A stretch of DNA of 62,884 nucleotides, filler included. It is 4 parts of 4 records of this genome, joined end to end, with 100 filler letters (N's around TTAATTAATTAA, not from the genome) between each part and the next. Parts side by side here need not be neighbours in the genome. Positions count along the whole stretch, not along the records: positions 29,966 to 57,519 come from DRR723986_5823; 3 more parts are not named here. The stretch is one strand, 5' to 3'. Shown one piece after another: positions 45,681-55,360 of the stretch (its first letter is position 1; each line of letters starts with the position of its first letter). The translations under genes and the position numbers were made by a program. The notes under the pieces are model-generated. The model did no database searches, was not told the origin of the DNA, and was given only the letters and a program-made list of their open reading frames with translations.

Positions 45681-47762
45681 ATGGAAAATACATTAATCTC
45701 CAGTCTCCGCAAAAAAGTCTCAAACTACCGTGGTTTGCGCAAGGTCAACGCGCAGGTGGACCTGATTAGAAACCTTGTCAAGCATGATAGTGCTGAGGCA
45801 CTTGAGCTGTCGGAAGCCACCTTAAAAAGTGCACGGTCGCTCCTGGCGGATGCTGCCGCGCGCAATGCTGTGCTGGAGCCCTATCGGGAAGTGCTTGCCA
45901 AGGCACTGCAAATGCATGCGTACGCGCTTAAAGTGGTCCTGCGCTACGGTGAGTCGCTGGTCGCATTAGAAGAGTCTATGCAGCTCTTTGAAGAATTGAG
46001 AAATGTTGAAGGGTTGATACGTTCGCATCAACTTTTGCACAACCTGTACCGCGATCAGACAAAAATCCAGGAAGCGCTGGAGGTGCTGGACCGTGCGATT
46101 ACGATCGCTGAGATTCACAAATATGAGCAGGAGAACGCTGCATTACAAGGCGAACGCGGCACAGTCCTGGCTATGCTGGGGCGTAAGGCTGAAGCAAATG
46201 CAGCTTTTGAAATGGGCCTGGAAATTGCCGCACGCAACAATAATTTCATGGTACTGATTATCCTGCTTGGCAACTTCGGCAGCTATCAGCAGCGGAGCGG
46301 CAACCTCGATAAGGCTGCGGCGCTGTTCCGCAAGGCATTGGACATAGATGCCAAACAAAAAGCATTGGGGCCATTTGATCACGTTGCCCTGATCTGGAAT
46401 CTGGTACACCTGGCGCGCCTCAAAGGCAAGATGGAAGAGCTACTCGGAATACTGGACGAAGGTATAACCGTAACTACCGCCGCCAATCTGGAAGTGGAGC
46501 ACGCGCAGTTCAAGTTTTTTAAAGCCCAGATGCTCATCATTCAGGGGAATTATCTTCAGGCACATGATCATGTACAACAAGTGACCGAGCTCGAAGTATT
46601 TAAGAGCGTTGATATGGTCGCCGCGAAGTATTGGGCACTAAAAGCACACATCTTTGCATTAGTTCGGGATACCGCGTCTTCGGCGGCCGCCAGGCAGGAA
46701 GCAGTCCAGTATCTGCATAAGCTGGAGGTTAACAGTATACGACTGCGGCTTGAAATCATTAGTATTGTCAGCACAATTCTGAGTGCTGCCGAGAGTGCCT
46801 TTGACCTCGCGGCCTTTGAAACATTGTACAGGAAGTCCGTTGCGGATTATTCGACCAGTATCAACAGCGCAACTATTAGCGGCATGCAATTTGGTTTGGG
46901 GCGTCTGCTGGAGAAAACAGGCAAACGCCGCGAGGCCTTGGAATTGTACATGGAGGTCGAGAAGGTGAGCCGCGCCCGGAATTGGCCGCAGATACTCGTC
47001 GGAGTGTTGCTGGCAATTGGGCGACTGGACGATGTAACTGGCGACAGGCTTTTTGCCATCCGCTGCCTGGAAGAGGCGCTTTTGATTGCGGAAATGATGG
47101 GAGCGCGGAACTGGCGGCTCAAAGTGCATGATGAGTTAGTTCGATTACATGTGGCGCAGGGAGACGCCCACGAGGCCCTGAAACATTTGCAGGCGGTGCA
47201 ATCACTGGAGCAGGAGTTGCTGGCACCACAAAAAGTCATGCCCATCTGGCTGCAGCAACTTGAGGCGGAAAAGCTGGTACTTTCCAGGAAAATCAAAGAC
47301 AAAAACAGCGAGATCGCTGAACTTCAGAAAGCGCGTGACAGCCGGCAGCGGGTGCTGCAAACGCGCGAAACTCTCATAGCACATCTGGGTGATTTGTTTA
47401 ACTCAATGCACGAACAACTGGCGCGCCACACAAATGAGAGCGCCGCTGAGTTTATGCAGCGCATCAGCGAGCTGCGGCGCGGACTTCCTGGACTGGAAGA
47501 ACAGGCCACCTGGCGCGAATTTGAAGAAGAAGTTAGTGACAGCGACGAGGATTTCCTTAAGCGCTTATCGCAGAAATATCCGCGCTTAACGGCCACCGAG
47601 CGCAAAATCTGTTCGCTGATACGTTTGGACAACACCAGCAAAGACTTGACGCGTTTGTTAAACATTGCGCCGCGTTCACTGCAATCACACCGCTACCGCA
47701 TTCGCAAAAAAATGGGTCTCGACTCCGGGACGGACTTAAACGCCTTTATCATGCAGTTATGA
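45681..47762 (+). CDS. TPR-repeat protein with C-terminal LuxR-type HTH (transcriptional regulator)
   Basis: Start MENTLI; MalT-like TPR helices; coiled coil; FLKRLSQKYPRLTATERKICSLIRL...SHRYRIRKKMGL. Confidence 0.88.
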   Translation: MENTLISSLRKKVSNYRGLRKVNAQVDLIRNLVKHDSAEALELSEATLKSARSLLADAAARNAVLEPYREVLAKALQMHAYALKVVLRYGESLVALEESMQLFEELRNVEGLIRSHQLLHNLYRDQTKIQEALEVLDRAITIAEIHKYEQENAALQGERGTVLAMLGRKAEANAAFEMGLEIAARNNNFMVLIILLGNFGSYQQRSGNLDKAAALFRKALDIDAKQKALGPFDHVALIWNLVHLARLKGKMEELLGILDEGITVTTAANLEVEHAQFKFFKAQMLIIQGNYLQAHDHVQQVTELEVFKSVDMVAAKYWALKAHIFALVRDTASSAAARQEAVQYLHKLEVNSIRLRLEIISIVSTILSAAESAFDLAAFETLYRKSVADYSTSINSATISGMQFGLGRLLEKTGKRREALELYMEVEKVSRARNWPQILVGVLLAIGRLDDVTGDRLFAIRCLEEALLIAEMMGARNWRLKVHDELVRLHVAQGDAHEALKHLQAVQSLEQELLAPQKVMPIWLQQLEAEKLVLSRKIKDKNSEIAELQKARDSRQRVLQTRETLIAHLGDLFNSMHEQLARHTNESAAEFMQRISELRRGLPGLEEQATWREFEEEVSDSDEDFLKRLSQKYPRLTATERKICSLIRLDNTSKDLTRLLNIAPRSLQSHRYRIRKKMGLDSGTDLNAFIMQL

Positions 47763-47777
47763 GCCGCCCCGCCCATT

Positions 47778-47822
47778 AAAAAAAATAGCGCCCGTGGAAT
47801 GTTAATCCCACGGGCGCTTTAT
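47778..47822. terminator. Bidirectional terminator between convergent genes
   Basis: A-run, AGCGCCCGTGG-AATGTTAATC-CCACGGGCGCT, TTT. Confidence 0.8.
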
Positions 47823-47854
47823 ATATTAACTAACTCTCATGTTTGGCGGCCAAC

Positions 47855-49684
47855 TTATTCGATCACGACCTTTTGAATAAACCGATCGGACTCGGTTGTA
47901 AACTCAACAATAACTGCACCCGGCCCAAACTGTTGCACATCAATGATTGCGTCAAGTGGCGAGTTGATCACAATCTCACGCAGTACCTTGCCCGACATAG
48001 CGTAGAGCCTCAATGTACCCGCTTCGTTAAAGTCTCCCTTAAAGCTGAGCGTGTGTGCACTTGGATTGGGATGGACTAATAGTTTCTGAGTTGGAGGGAG
48101 CTCACTGACGCTCGTCGGGAAGTCTTCTTCGCTGACAACCACAAACTGATGCATCATGCTGTTATCTTCATGTGTCAGGATATGGCAATGATACATAAAA
48201 CCTTCCGAGGGCAGCAGCGGACTTGGGAACTCATCAAAGCGTGCCACGAACTCCAGAGTCGCTCCTGCGCGAATTAACTGGACATCTTTGTATCCAACCA
48301 ATTCAGCCGGTAAATCTGGATATACCCATTCAGCCGGTTCGTCCGATAGTCCCATCAGACCGTCGTAACGTGTCACCTGGAACTGGACCTTGTGAATGTG
48401 AAATGGATGCGCCACATCGGTAGTGTTGTGGATAACCCAGCGCTCTTTTGTGTTAACCAACACGATATCGTTAATCACCGACATATCCATCGGCGTACCG
48501 TCAATCGTCCAGGAGTCACCAGAGCCTTTTTTACCGATTAACTCTTTTTCGCGCGTCAGAAACACGTCGCCCGGCGCTAAAGCGTAGTCCGGGTTAAGTG
48601 TGGTCGGAATAGTCGTTACCGGGTTGTCCGACTGAATGCCTGTGTCGACAACAAAAGCCATCAGCGCGTTACCTTTGGTTGTGCCATAATTGGCATCAGC
48701 CGGTACGGCCAGATTGCTCATGTATAGGATGTCGCCGTCATTATAGGCTGAGAAGTCGACGAGAAACTCACGCCGGTCACCGACGGACATCAGCGTTGTA
48801 CTCTCTGCAATCGACTCTCTAAGGTATCCACCGCCGGACGCCACAAAATGCATTGTTGCAAATTCAGTTGGGTTTTCCAGTTCGGTTGAGAGCCCGATGT
48901 GAAACATTTTACGTGGCGAGCCATTCAGGATGCGCAGGCGCACTACTTCGGCCGGCACGCGCGCAACTGCGTTAACAACACCATTTACCAGTGTCCAGGG
49001 CCCGTTACCCGGTTTTTCGCCGGCAATAATTGCCGTGGCTGTTGGTGGTGTGGTTGTTGAATCCAGCGTAAAGCCTTTTTCCTGGATGTTAAGTGGAATG
49101 TCGTTAACACCATATTGATTTGGCAATACGGAATACAGCGGATCATTAGCGGGATCTTCCACAATAATCAAACCGGCCATTCCACGGATAACCTGGTCGG
49201 TTGTTAAGTCCATCAGGTGTGAGTGATACCAAATGGTTTGGACTTCATCAATTACATCAAAGTTTGGTGCCCACCGCGTCTGATGTTGAATGACCTGATG
49301 CGGACCACCATCCATTTTTGCAGGCACATTTAAACCATGCCAGTGCACGGTTGTTCCAATTTCGTCATCAATGAAGTTGCCAATGTCAAACGTCATTTCC
49401 GCGTTTTTTTCAAAAATCAGGGTCGGCCCATTGTAATTCATGCCCGTTTGACCAACCTCATTGTAACAGTAGGTTGGGAGCATCACATTTAGGTTAATGT
49501 CGGTCAGAGTACCGTTGGGGTCAAAATTGTGTTGCCCCGAGGTAATATCGATTTCAAAACTCGGTCCCGGCATCAGGTAGGGAATTGGCAGGGGATTCGC
49601 AAAGTTTTGCGCATGCACGTGCGCAGGTACACTAAAACAGCATAGGGCGCAGAGCAGCGCTAACATCGTAGTTTGTGGTTTCAT
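47855..49684 (-). CDS. Multicopper oxidase (CueO/bilirubin-oxidase-like) with T9SS-type C-terminal domain
   Basis: All four Cu motifs (HWHG, WYHSH, HPFHIH, HCHILTHEDNSMM); signal peptide; VHPNP...YAMSG...IQKVVIE. Confidence 0.95.
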   Translation of the reverse strand: MKPQTTMLALLCALCCFSVPAHVHAQNFANPLPIPYLMPGPSFEIDITSGQHNFDPNGTLTDINLNVMLPTYCYNEVGQTGMNYNGPTLIFEKNAEMTFDIGNFIDDEIGTTVHWHGLNVPAKMDGGPHQVIQHQTRWAPNFDVIDEVQTIWYHSHLMDLTTDQVIRGMAGLIIVEDPANDPLYSVLPNQYGVNDIPLNIQEKGFTLDSTTTPPTATAIIAGEKPGNGPWTLVNGVVNAVARVPAEVVRLRILNGSPRKMFHIGLSTELENPTEFATMHFVASGGGYLRESIAESTTLMSVGDRREFLVDFSAYNDGDILYMSNLAVPADANYGTTKGNALMAFVVDTGIQSDNPVTTIPTTLNPDYALAPGDVFLTREKELIGKKGSGDSWTIDGTPMDMSVINDIVLVNTKERWVIHNTTDVAHPFHIHKVQFQVTRYDGLMGLSDEPAEWVYPDLPAELVGYKDVQLIRAGATLEFVARFDEFPSPLLPSEGFMYHCHILTHEDNSMMHQFVVVSEEDFPTSVSELPPTQKLLVHPNPSAHTLSFKGDFNEAGTLRLYAMSGKVLREIVINSPLDAIIDVQQFGPGAVIVEFTTESDRFIQKVVIE

Positions 49685-49901
49685 ACATCAGCATGGTTAA
49701 GTTAAACATATTTGCATTTGGCAGGCACATGCCTGGGCTTGGCTGCCGTTCAGTTCTATTCATAGTGCGATAATCTCCGAACATATAGCGTTTGCCGTTC
49801 AATTCCAAATAATTGGGCAGCCGTGCACTATTCAGTTCTGACCACTTTTTTTTCGTGATGTTATCTGTTTGGGGCTATGTCGTTGTTTCCGGAGCTGATT
49901 T

Positions 49902-49954
49902 GATTGCAGCGCCCGCTATGACATCGGGCTTGCTTTTTGAGGTTTTTGTTTGTC
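49902..49954 (+). repeat. Dispersed hairpin repeat, copy G
   Basis: GATTGCAGCGCCCG-CTATGACAT-CGGGCTTGCTTTTTGAGGTTTTTGTTTGTC (compensatory C-G pair). Confidence 0.85.
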
Positions 49955-49994
49955 TTTGAGTTAACAGCTGGTGGCTCATGTTCCTGCGTTTGTC

Positions 49995-50780
49995 TTATTC
50001 CTGGGTCGATAAATATTTGTTGGTGTCTTGTGTTAATCTGTCAATAATTAGTCGTTGTGTTTCAGTCTTGGCGGTTCCCTCCATATCTTCCGAAATTTTT
50101 AAAGCTAGGCTAATGTTTTGTGTAATGACTAGTTTTTGATGGTATTGAGACATCTTTAGAATGGTTCGGTTGTAGAGGTAGAAAAAGACGGCTGCAATAA
50201 ACTCACTTATTATGCCTGCTCCTGTTGTGACATAAGCTGGCTCAGTTATCTCCAGGAACATCATTACCACCCCAATAATTATGATGATCAAGCCAACGAT
50301 AGATGCGAATGATGCAAGTCTGAAGCTTTTGTCTGCCTGTTCCTGTGTTTGGAGGTAGTACTGATCAAGATATTTGAAGTTGATTTGAACCAGTTTTGTA
50401 AAGAAATTCTTTTCTATGTTATTCTGTAAGTCTTCCGCACCCAATTGAACAAGTTGAAGCTCTATCTCTCTGAGCTTTCTGGACAGTGACATTCTCAGAT
50501 AGCTAACAAAATAGCCATATAATAAGGGGCCTGTGAGTGCTCCCATTAACGCGTATGGTATCATGCTAAATAACCAGGTAGAGACAACCTCCATTGAAAA
50601 ATTTAGAGCAAGTGACACATATAAGGACACGAATACGGCCCCAACAATGGTCGAGACTATCCATCCAACAGTTTTGAAGCTATAGTTGATGAGCCTTTGC
50701 TGAAGTTGTTCTTTTCTTTTTATCAATACTGCTAAAGACGTCTTGTCGATTTTACTTTTGGAGGTATTGTCTTCTGCCAT
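49995..50780 (-). CDS. 4-TM membrane protein with TRADD-N-associated 2TM-like domain; AT-rich
   Basis: YYLQTQEQADKSF-TM-AGIISEFIAAVFFYLYNRT...YHQKL pattern recalled for the CyanoTRADDas_TM domain; markedly lower GC than neighbours. Confidence 0.7.
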   Translation of the reverse strand: MAEDNTSKSKIDKTSLAVLIKRKEQLQQRLINYSFKTVGWIVSTIVGAVFVSLYVSLALNFSMEVVSTWLFSMIPYALMGALTGPLLYGYFVSYLRMSLSRKLREIELQLVQLGAEDLQNNIEKNFFTKLVQINFKYLDQYYLQTQEQADKSFRLASFASIVGLIIIIIGVVMMFLEITEPAYVTTGAGIISEFIAAVFFYLYNRTILKMSQYHQKLVITQNISLALKISEDMEGTAKTETQRLIIDRLTQDTNKYLSTQE

Positions 50781-51181
50781 AATTTTGTTTGACCCAATTA
50801 TGAAAGTACGTGTGATAAGTTAGGGTACGGCGTCACGATGGTGGAGTAAACTTCCATTATTCATGTGTTTATTTACGGTTCGGAAGCTTGTAGTGCACCT
50901 GAAATAGTCAGCCGGAGTGCTAAGATTTCTGCACGTAGTAGTCTGTATGAATACTGGCTATGTGATGCAGTGTTTCCGCGAACCGGTGGACATATTGGTC
51001 TTTCACTCCGTGTGCATCGCAGGAAAGTTCATTTAACTTCATAAAAATAGTTCACAAAACAAAACGCTTTGCCGAACAAATAGTGATGTCGCTGCTCAAA
51101 AACAACAGCAGCCGGCCCTTGCGGACCAGCTGCTGAGAGGGTGTTAACCCCGTGCCTGTGAAAAGTTTAATTTTGAAATTA

Positions 51182-54100
51182 CTATTTGTTGTCCGTCACC
51201 AGCAGCGGCAGAGTCGTTGATCCGGAATCAGTCATGATGCGGATGTAGTACATACCTGCGGCAACGGATTGCCCACCGGAATTCAGGCGTTGCCACTCCA
51301 GATTCTGCGTGGTCCCAGCCGTTGGACCACTGTGCAACTGGCGCACCTTGCGGCCCATCGCATCCACGATGTCAACCGTCAGGTTCTGCGCCTGCCGCAG
51401 TGTAATGTCAATGCGACTATGCAGCAAACTCGGGTTTGGATAAACCCGCGCTGTGAGTACGGCCGGGTCGGAAGATCCTGCGGGAACTCTAGTGACCACA
51501 ACTGACGATCCCGGTCCCGACAAACTGAGGTTGTCGATCGCGATACCGTCATTCGGCAGCGCCTCATCATCGGTCTGGCGGAAATCAATCACAAAGTTCG
51601 GTGTCAGGTTTAAGCCATTCGTCGAAGCCAGCTGAATAACATTTAGCGAAACACTCAGCCAGCTCGTTGTTGCCGTCGTTAAACTGTAAACCTTAACAAA
51701 GTTGGCACCGGCATCGTCGGAGAAAAATACTCCGTCATTTGGATTGGCTTCGTCCTGTAAACTCTTCCATTCAAAAGTCAGTGTCGACTTCGTAACGCCG
51801 CTGTAGTCAACATACAGATATGCGTCGTTAGTTACCGACACATTGTCCGTACCGCCGAGCACCAAATGTGAAGCGCCGGTATATGGCGCATAGGCACTTG
51901 TGGTTTGCAGATAACTTTGTGAAACGCTCGGATACCATTGCCATTCCGGATCGATACCACTTTCAAATCCGGTTGAGTACGGTGGTGTTGCCACGCTAAC
52001 ACCAGGGACGACCGAGATATCATCGAACAGGAAACCGTCACCCGGCGCCGCGTTAAAACCACCGTGGCGGAAACGCACCACAAAAGTTCCACTTAAGGTT
52101 AAGCCGTTTGCCACCGCCAGCTTATCAACATCAAGCGTGAAACGCTGCCAGTAAGTTGTATTCGAATGCAGCGCCCAGACCTGCGTAAATGTCAGGCCGC
52201 CATCCGCTGAGAACCAAATCGCGTCATTCGGATCATCACCATCGGGAAATTCCTTCCACCAGAATGTTAAGTCCACATTCGTATGGCCGCTGAGATCAAG
52301 GTGCAGATCCGCGTCGATGCTGCTCACGCCCGGTGTTGTTGGGCTGGCATGCACCAGCAGCTGCTGCGCGCCGCTATGCGGTCCATACGTTGCATCGATA
52401 TCGGCTCTGGCATAACCGTCGGAAGAATATATTCGCCAGAACTGATCCAGCCCAGCTTCAAATCCCGTGGTATACGGCAGGGAAGCATAGGACTTGCCCA
52501 CGCTGACCGATATGTTGTCAAACGCAGCGCCAACGGCCGGCAGCGGCATCATTGTACTTTGTTCAAAGCGGATCACATACATCGGCGTAAATGGCACGCC
52601 ATTCATGATCGCCAGTTGGTCAAGGTCAAGCGTAACCGTTTGCCATTGGCCGTCATTACCAGCAAGCGAATACACATTGATGAATGTATTGCCTCCGTCG
52701 GCCGATAAATAAATCGCATCGGTTGGGAATGGCGTGTTAAAAATCGACTTCCAGTCAAAGGTCAGGTCAACGTCAGTTAAACCAGCCAGATTCAGATAGA
52801 GTTGTGCGGCACAAACACTCGGCGCTCCAGGCGAATTACCCTGCATCGTTAAGTGGAATGCGCCTGTGCTTGGTCCGTGCAGCGGTTCAACCTGGGCTAT
52901 GCCATTCGAGTTAACACAATAGGTGCGCCAAAACGGATCGAGCATGCCGGTTTCAAAGCCTGTGTTGTACGGCACCGGCGCATAATTTTTGCCGGCTGTC
53001 ACCGAAATGTCATCGAATGCAAAGCCATCCATGCCGATAATTTCATCGTCGAACTGCGTAAATCGAACGACAAAAGTATTTGTCAACGGCATGCCAAACT
53101 GAGCTGCCAGCTGATCAACGTCAAGTGTGATCGGTTGCCAGATTCCGGCATTCCCCGTAAGAGCAAAGACCTGTGTGAAAGTCATCCCACCATTATTGGA
53201 AAACCAGATGCCGTCGACCGCGTGCATTTCATCACCCAGAGACTTCCACCAAAACGAAAGATCCACGTCCGTCTGGCCACTCAGGTTGAGGCATAAATCG
53301 GCATCGTTCTGCACAGCCTGACCGTTAAGTGTGGACGACATTGTTAAGTGCTGCAGACCGCTGCGCGGACCATTCGCGGTCTCAACCACATTCCGTCCAA
53401 AGGCGTTCGAACTTTGTGTTTGCCAAAATGGATCCAGCCCAGTTTCAAATCCGGTCGCATACGGCAGATTGGCGTAATTCGATATACCGCTGACGATCAG
53501 TGAATAGGTTTGCTGCGCAGTTAACAGTGAACCTTTGTGGCTAACCGTGACTGTATACGTTCCTGCCGGCGGATTAGCCACGAGCACCTGCTCGACATTG
53601 TCACGGTTGTTATCTCCTGTCGTCGCTGCCAAAGCCGGCGACGATGGATTTAAAATCCAGGGTTGATAGACAACACCTGTGCCGTTGTTGGTCAGGCGCA
53701 GGTCAAGGTCGTGAACCAGCATCAGGTTCGTCGGGTTAACCTGGTTTGATGCGGGTGTTCCGGCAAGATCGGACCAGGCGATGGTGGCTTTCAGGGGGCG
53801 TGTGCCGTCAACCTGAATCTGGAAGGTGTTAACAGCACTGTTAAACAAGCTGCTTTCAACGATGTTGTGCAAGGGGCCGTCATCGGCAATAATCCGCGCC
53901 GCGCGATGTGTATTCATCAGCCCGTAACCGAACTGGTAATCCGGGCCTGGAGCGGTTCCGGCATCGTCGGCAGCATGAATTGCCAATGCCTTGAGCGTTT
54001 GTGCACGCATCGACTGACCGCCATTCTGGTTCTGATACATTTCCTGCAGCAGAAGCAGTGAACCCGAAACATTCGGTGCGGCCTGTGAGGTGCCGTTGTA

Positions 54101-55360
54101 ATTGCCGTAACACTCAAAACATTGATTGGTAGTGCCTGGGAAAAAATTCAGCGCTGAGTTAACTTCAAAACCATTGCCGACGATGTCGGGTTTAATCCGT
54201 CCGTCATCGGTTGGCCCCCATGAACTGAACTGTGTCATCACAATCGATGCCGGAGCTACTACACAACTCGGGGCAGTCGGGTCGGCACAAGCTGGTTTTA
54301 ACGGAATGTCATTTACAGCGCCAACTGTTAACACATTTTTTGCCACCGCGCCGTTCATCAGGCAGTCATAACCATTCGGCGCGCCATCCTGATTGCGCGG
54401 CACCGTCGAAAGTGTAAACCCACCTCCGGAGACAATCCAGTACTGTGTCCCCGGTGTAAGCGGTCCCGTGTCGTCGCGGTCATTCCCGGCCGAACGCACG
54501 ATCAGCGAAAATGGTGCCAGGTTTGCAGTCTGGTCAAGCTGCTGACTATATGAGTCGTAAAATCCGAAGTTAAAATCCGTTGTGGTACTAACGGTCCAAT
54601 CTCCAAACCAGACCCAGCGGTTGTCATTCAAAAAGTTAAAATCCCATCCGCCGATTACATCCCAGGAATGGTTGGCTACCAGCATCGGTCCAATGAATGC
54701 CGATGCCATTTCACTGATGTCATTGTTCCAGTCGTAGGCATCGATATAACAGACTGTGGCCATGCCACGCCTGCCCAGCAGACCAACCTGCCCAATCGTG
54801 CCCGCAACGTGTGTAGCGTGGTCTGTCACACCCGCAGCAGGCATGTCGCGTTGGATAACTCGATTGCGGCCGTTAAACCAGCCGAACTGGGGGTGCCCAA
54901 CGTACACGCCACCGTCATCCCAAATACCGGCCAGCAGTCCCGGAGCTATCAGGTCGTAACCCGATAGTCCGCCGACCTGGACTGCATCCGTGGAAGTCGT
55001 TGTTGCCGCAGCAGTATTATGTGAGCCGCGATAGCGTGGCAGGCCCGCGTCCGTAAACCCATAAAATGTAGCGCCTTTGCCGTCCTTGCCGCGCACGCTC
55101 AGTGGAATGTTGTTGGCTCGCGCTTGTTCCGCAGCCTGCGGATACCAGGCCTTAAACTCAATATCTGTTTGTTTTGCATGCTCCTGTAGTGCTTCAATAT
55201 CCGTATTTGATCTAAGCCATTTGCTAACCAATGCCGTGTCGATTGGACGTTGAATATCCGGTATGATATCCCGTTGTAGTTGCTGAGAAAAAACTGTGGG
55301 GGCTGTTGTTCCCATAACTGCCAGCCATGCGATCACCAATAAAGTTCGTGCGAACGTCAT
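51182..55360 (-). CDS. S8 subtilisin-like serine protease with four tandem jelly-roll/MAM-like repeats and FlgD/T9SS-type C-terminus
   Basis: Start MTFART; catalytic D (IWDDGG), H (HATHVAG), N (SAGND), S (GTSQAAP); four PYxTGFExG repeats; VYPNP...DAMGRKV...GMYYIRI. Confidence 0.93.
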   Translation of the reverse strand: MTFARTLLVIAWLAVMGTTAPTVFSQQLQRDIIPDIQRPIDTALVSKWLRSNTDIEALQEHAKQTDIEFKAWYPQAAEQARANNIPLSVRGKDGKGATFYGFTDAGLPRYRGSHNTAAATTTSTDAVQVGGLSGYDLIAPGLLAGIWDDGGVYVGHPQFGWFNGRNRVIQRDMPAAGVTDHATHVAGTIGQVGLLGRRGMATVCYIDAYDWNNDISEMASAFIGPMLVANHSWDVIGGWDFNFLNDNRWVWFGDWTVSTTTDFNFGFYDSYSQQLDQTANLAPFSLIVRSAGNDRDDTGPLTPGTQYWIVSGGGFTLSTVPRNQDGAPNGYDCLMNGAVAKNVLTVGAVNDIPLKPACADPTAPSCVVAPASIVMTQFSSWGPTDDGRIKPDIVGNGFEVNSALNFFPGTTNQCFECYGNYNGTSQAAPNVSGSLLLLQEMYQNQNGGQSMRAQTLKALAIHAADDAGTAPGPDYQFGYGLMNTHRAARIIADDGPLHNIVESSLFNSAVNTFQIQVDGTRPLKATIAWSDLAGTPASNQVNPTNLMLVHDLDLRLTNNGTGVVYQPWILNPSSPALAATTGDNNRDNVEQVLVANPPAGTYTVTVSHKGSLLTAQQTYSLIVSGISNYANLPYATGFETGLDPFWQTQSSNAFGRNVVETANGPRSGLQHLTMSSTLNGQAVQNDADLCLNLSGQTDVDLSFWWKSLGDEMHAVDGIWFSNNGGMTFTQVFALTGNAGIWQPITLDVDQLAAQFGMPLTNTFVVRFTQFDDEIIGMDGFAFDDISVTAGKNYAPVPYNTGFETGMLDPFWRTYCVNSNGIAQVEPLHGPSTGAFHLTMQGNSPGAPSVCAAQLYLNLAGLTDVDLTFDWKSIFNTPFPTDAIYLSADGGNTFINVYSLAGNDGQWQTVTLDLDQLAIMNGVPFTPMYVIRFEQSTMMPLPAVGAAFDNISVSVGKSYASLPYTTGFEAGLDQFWRIYSSDGYARADIDATYGPHSGAQQLLVHASPTTPGVSSIDADLHLDLSGHTNVDLTFWWKEFPDGDDPNDAIWFSADGGLTFTQVWALHSNTTYWQRFTLDVDKLAVANGLTLSGTFVVRFRHGGFNAAPGDGFLFDDISVVPGVSVATPPYSTGFESGIDPEWQWYPSVSQSYLQTTSAYAPYTGASHLVLGGTDNVSVTNDAYLYVDYSGVTKSTLTFEWKSLQDEANPNDGVFFSDDAGANFVKVYSLTTATTSWLSVSLNVIQLASTNGLNLTPNFVIDFRQTDDEALPNDGIAIDNLSLSGPGSSVVVTRVPAGSSDPAVLTARVYPNPSLLHSRIDITLRQAQNLTVDIVDAMGRKVRQLHSGPTAGTTQNLEWQRLNSGGQSVAAGMYYIRIMTDSGSTTLPLLVTDNK

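Noticed and set aside
42454-49954. CRISPR array (conserved repeat with variable insert)
   Set aside because: Copies are dispersed over kilobases, the variable part is a 9-11-nt loop inside the hairpin, and there are no cas genes.
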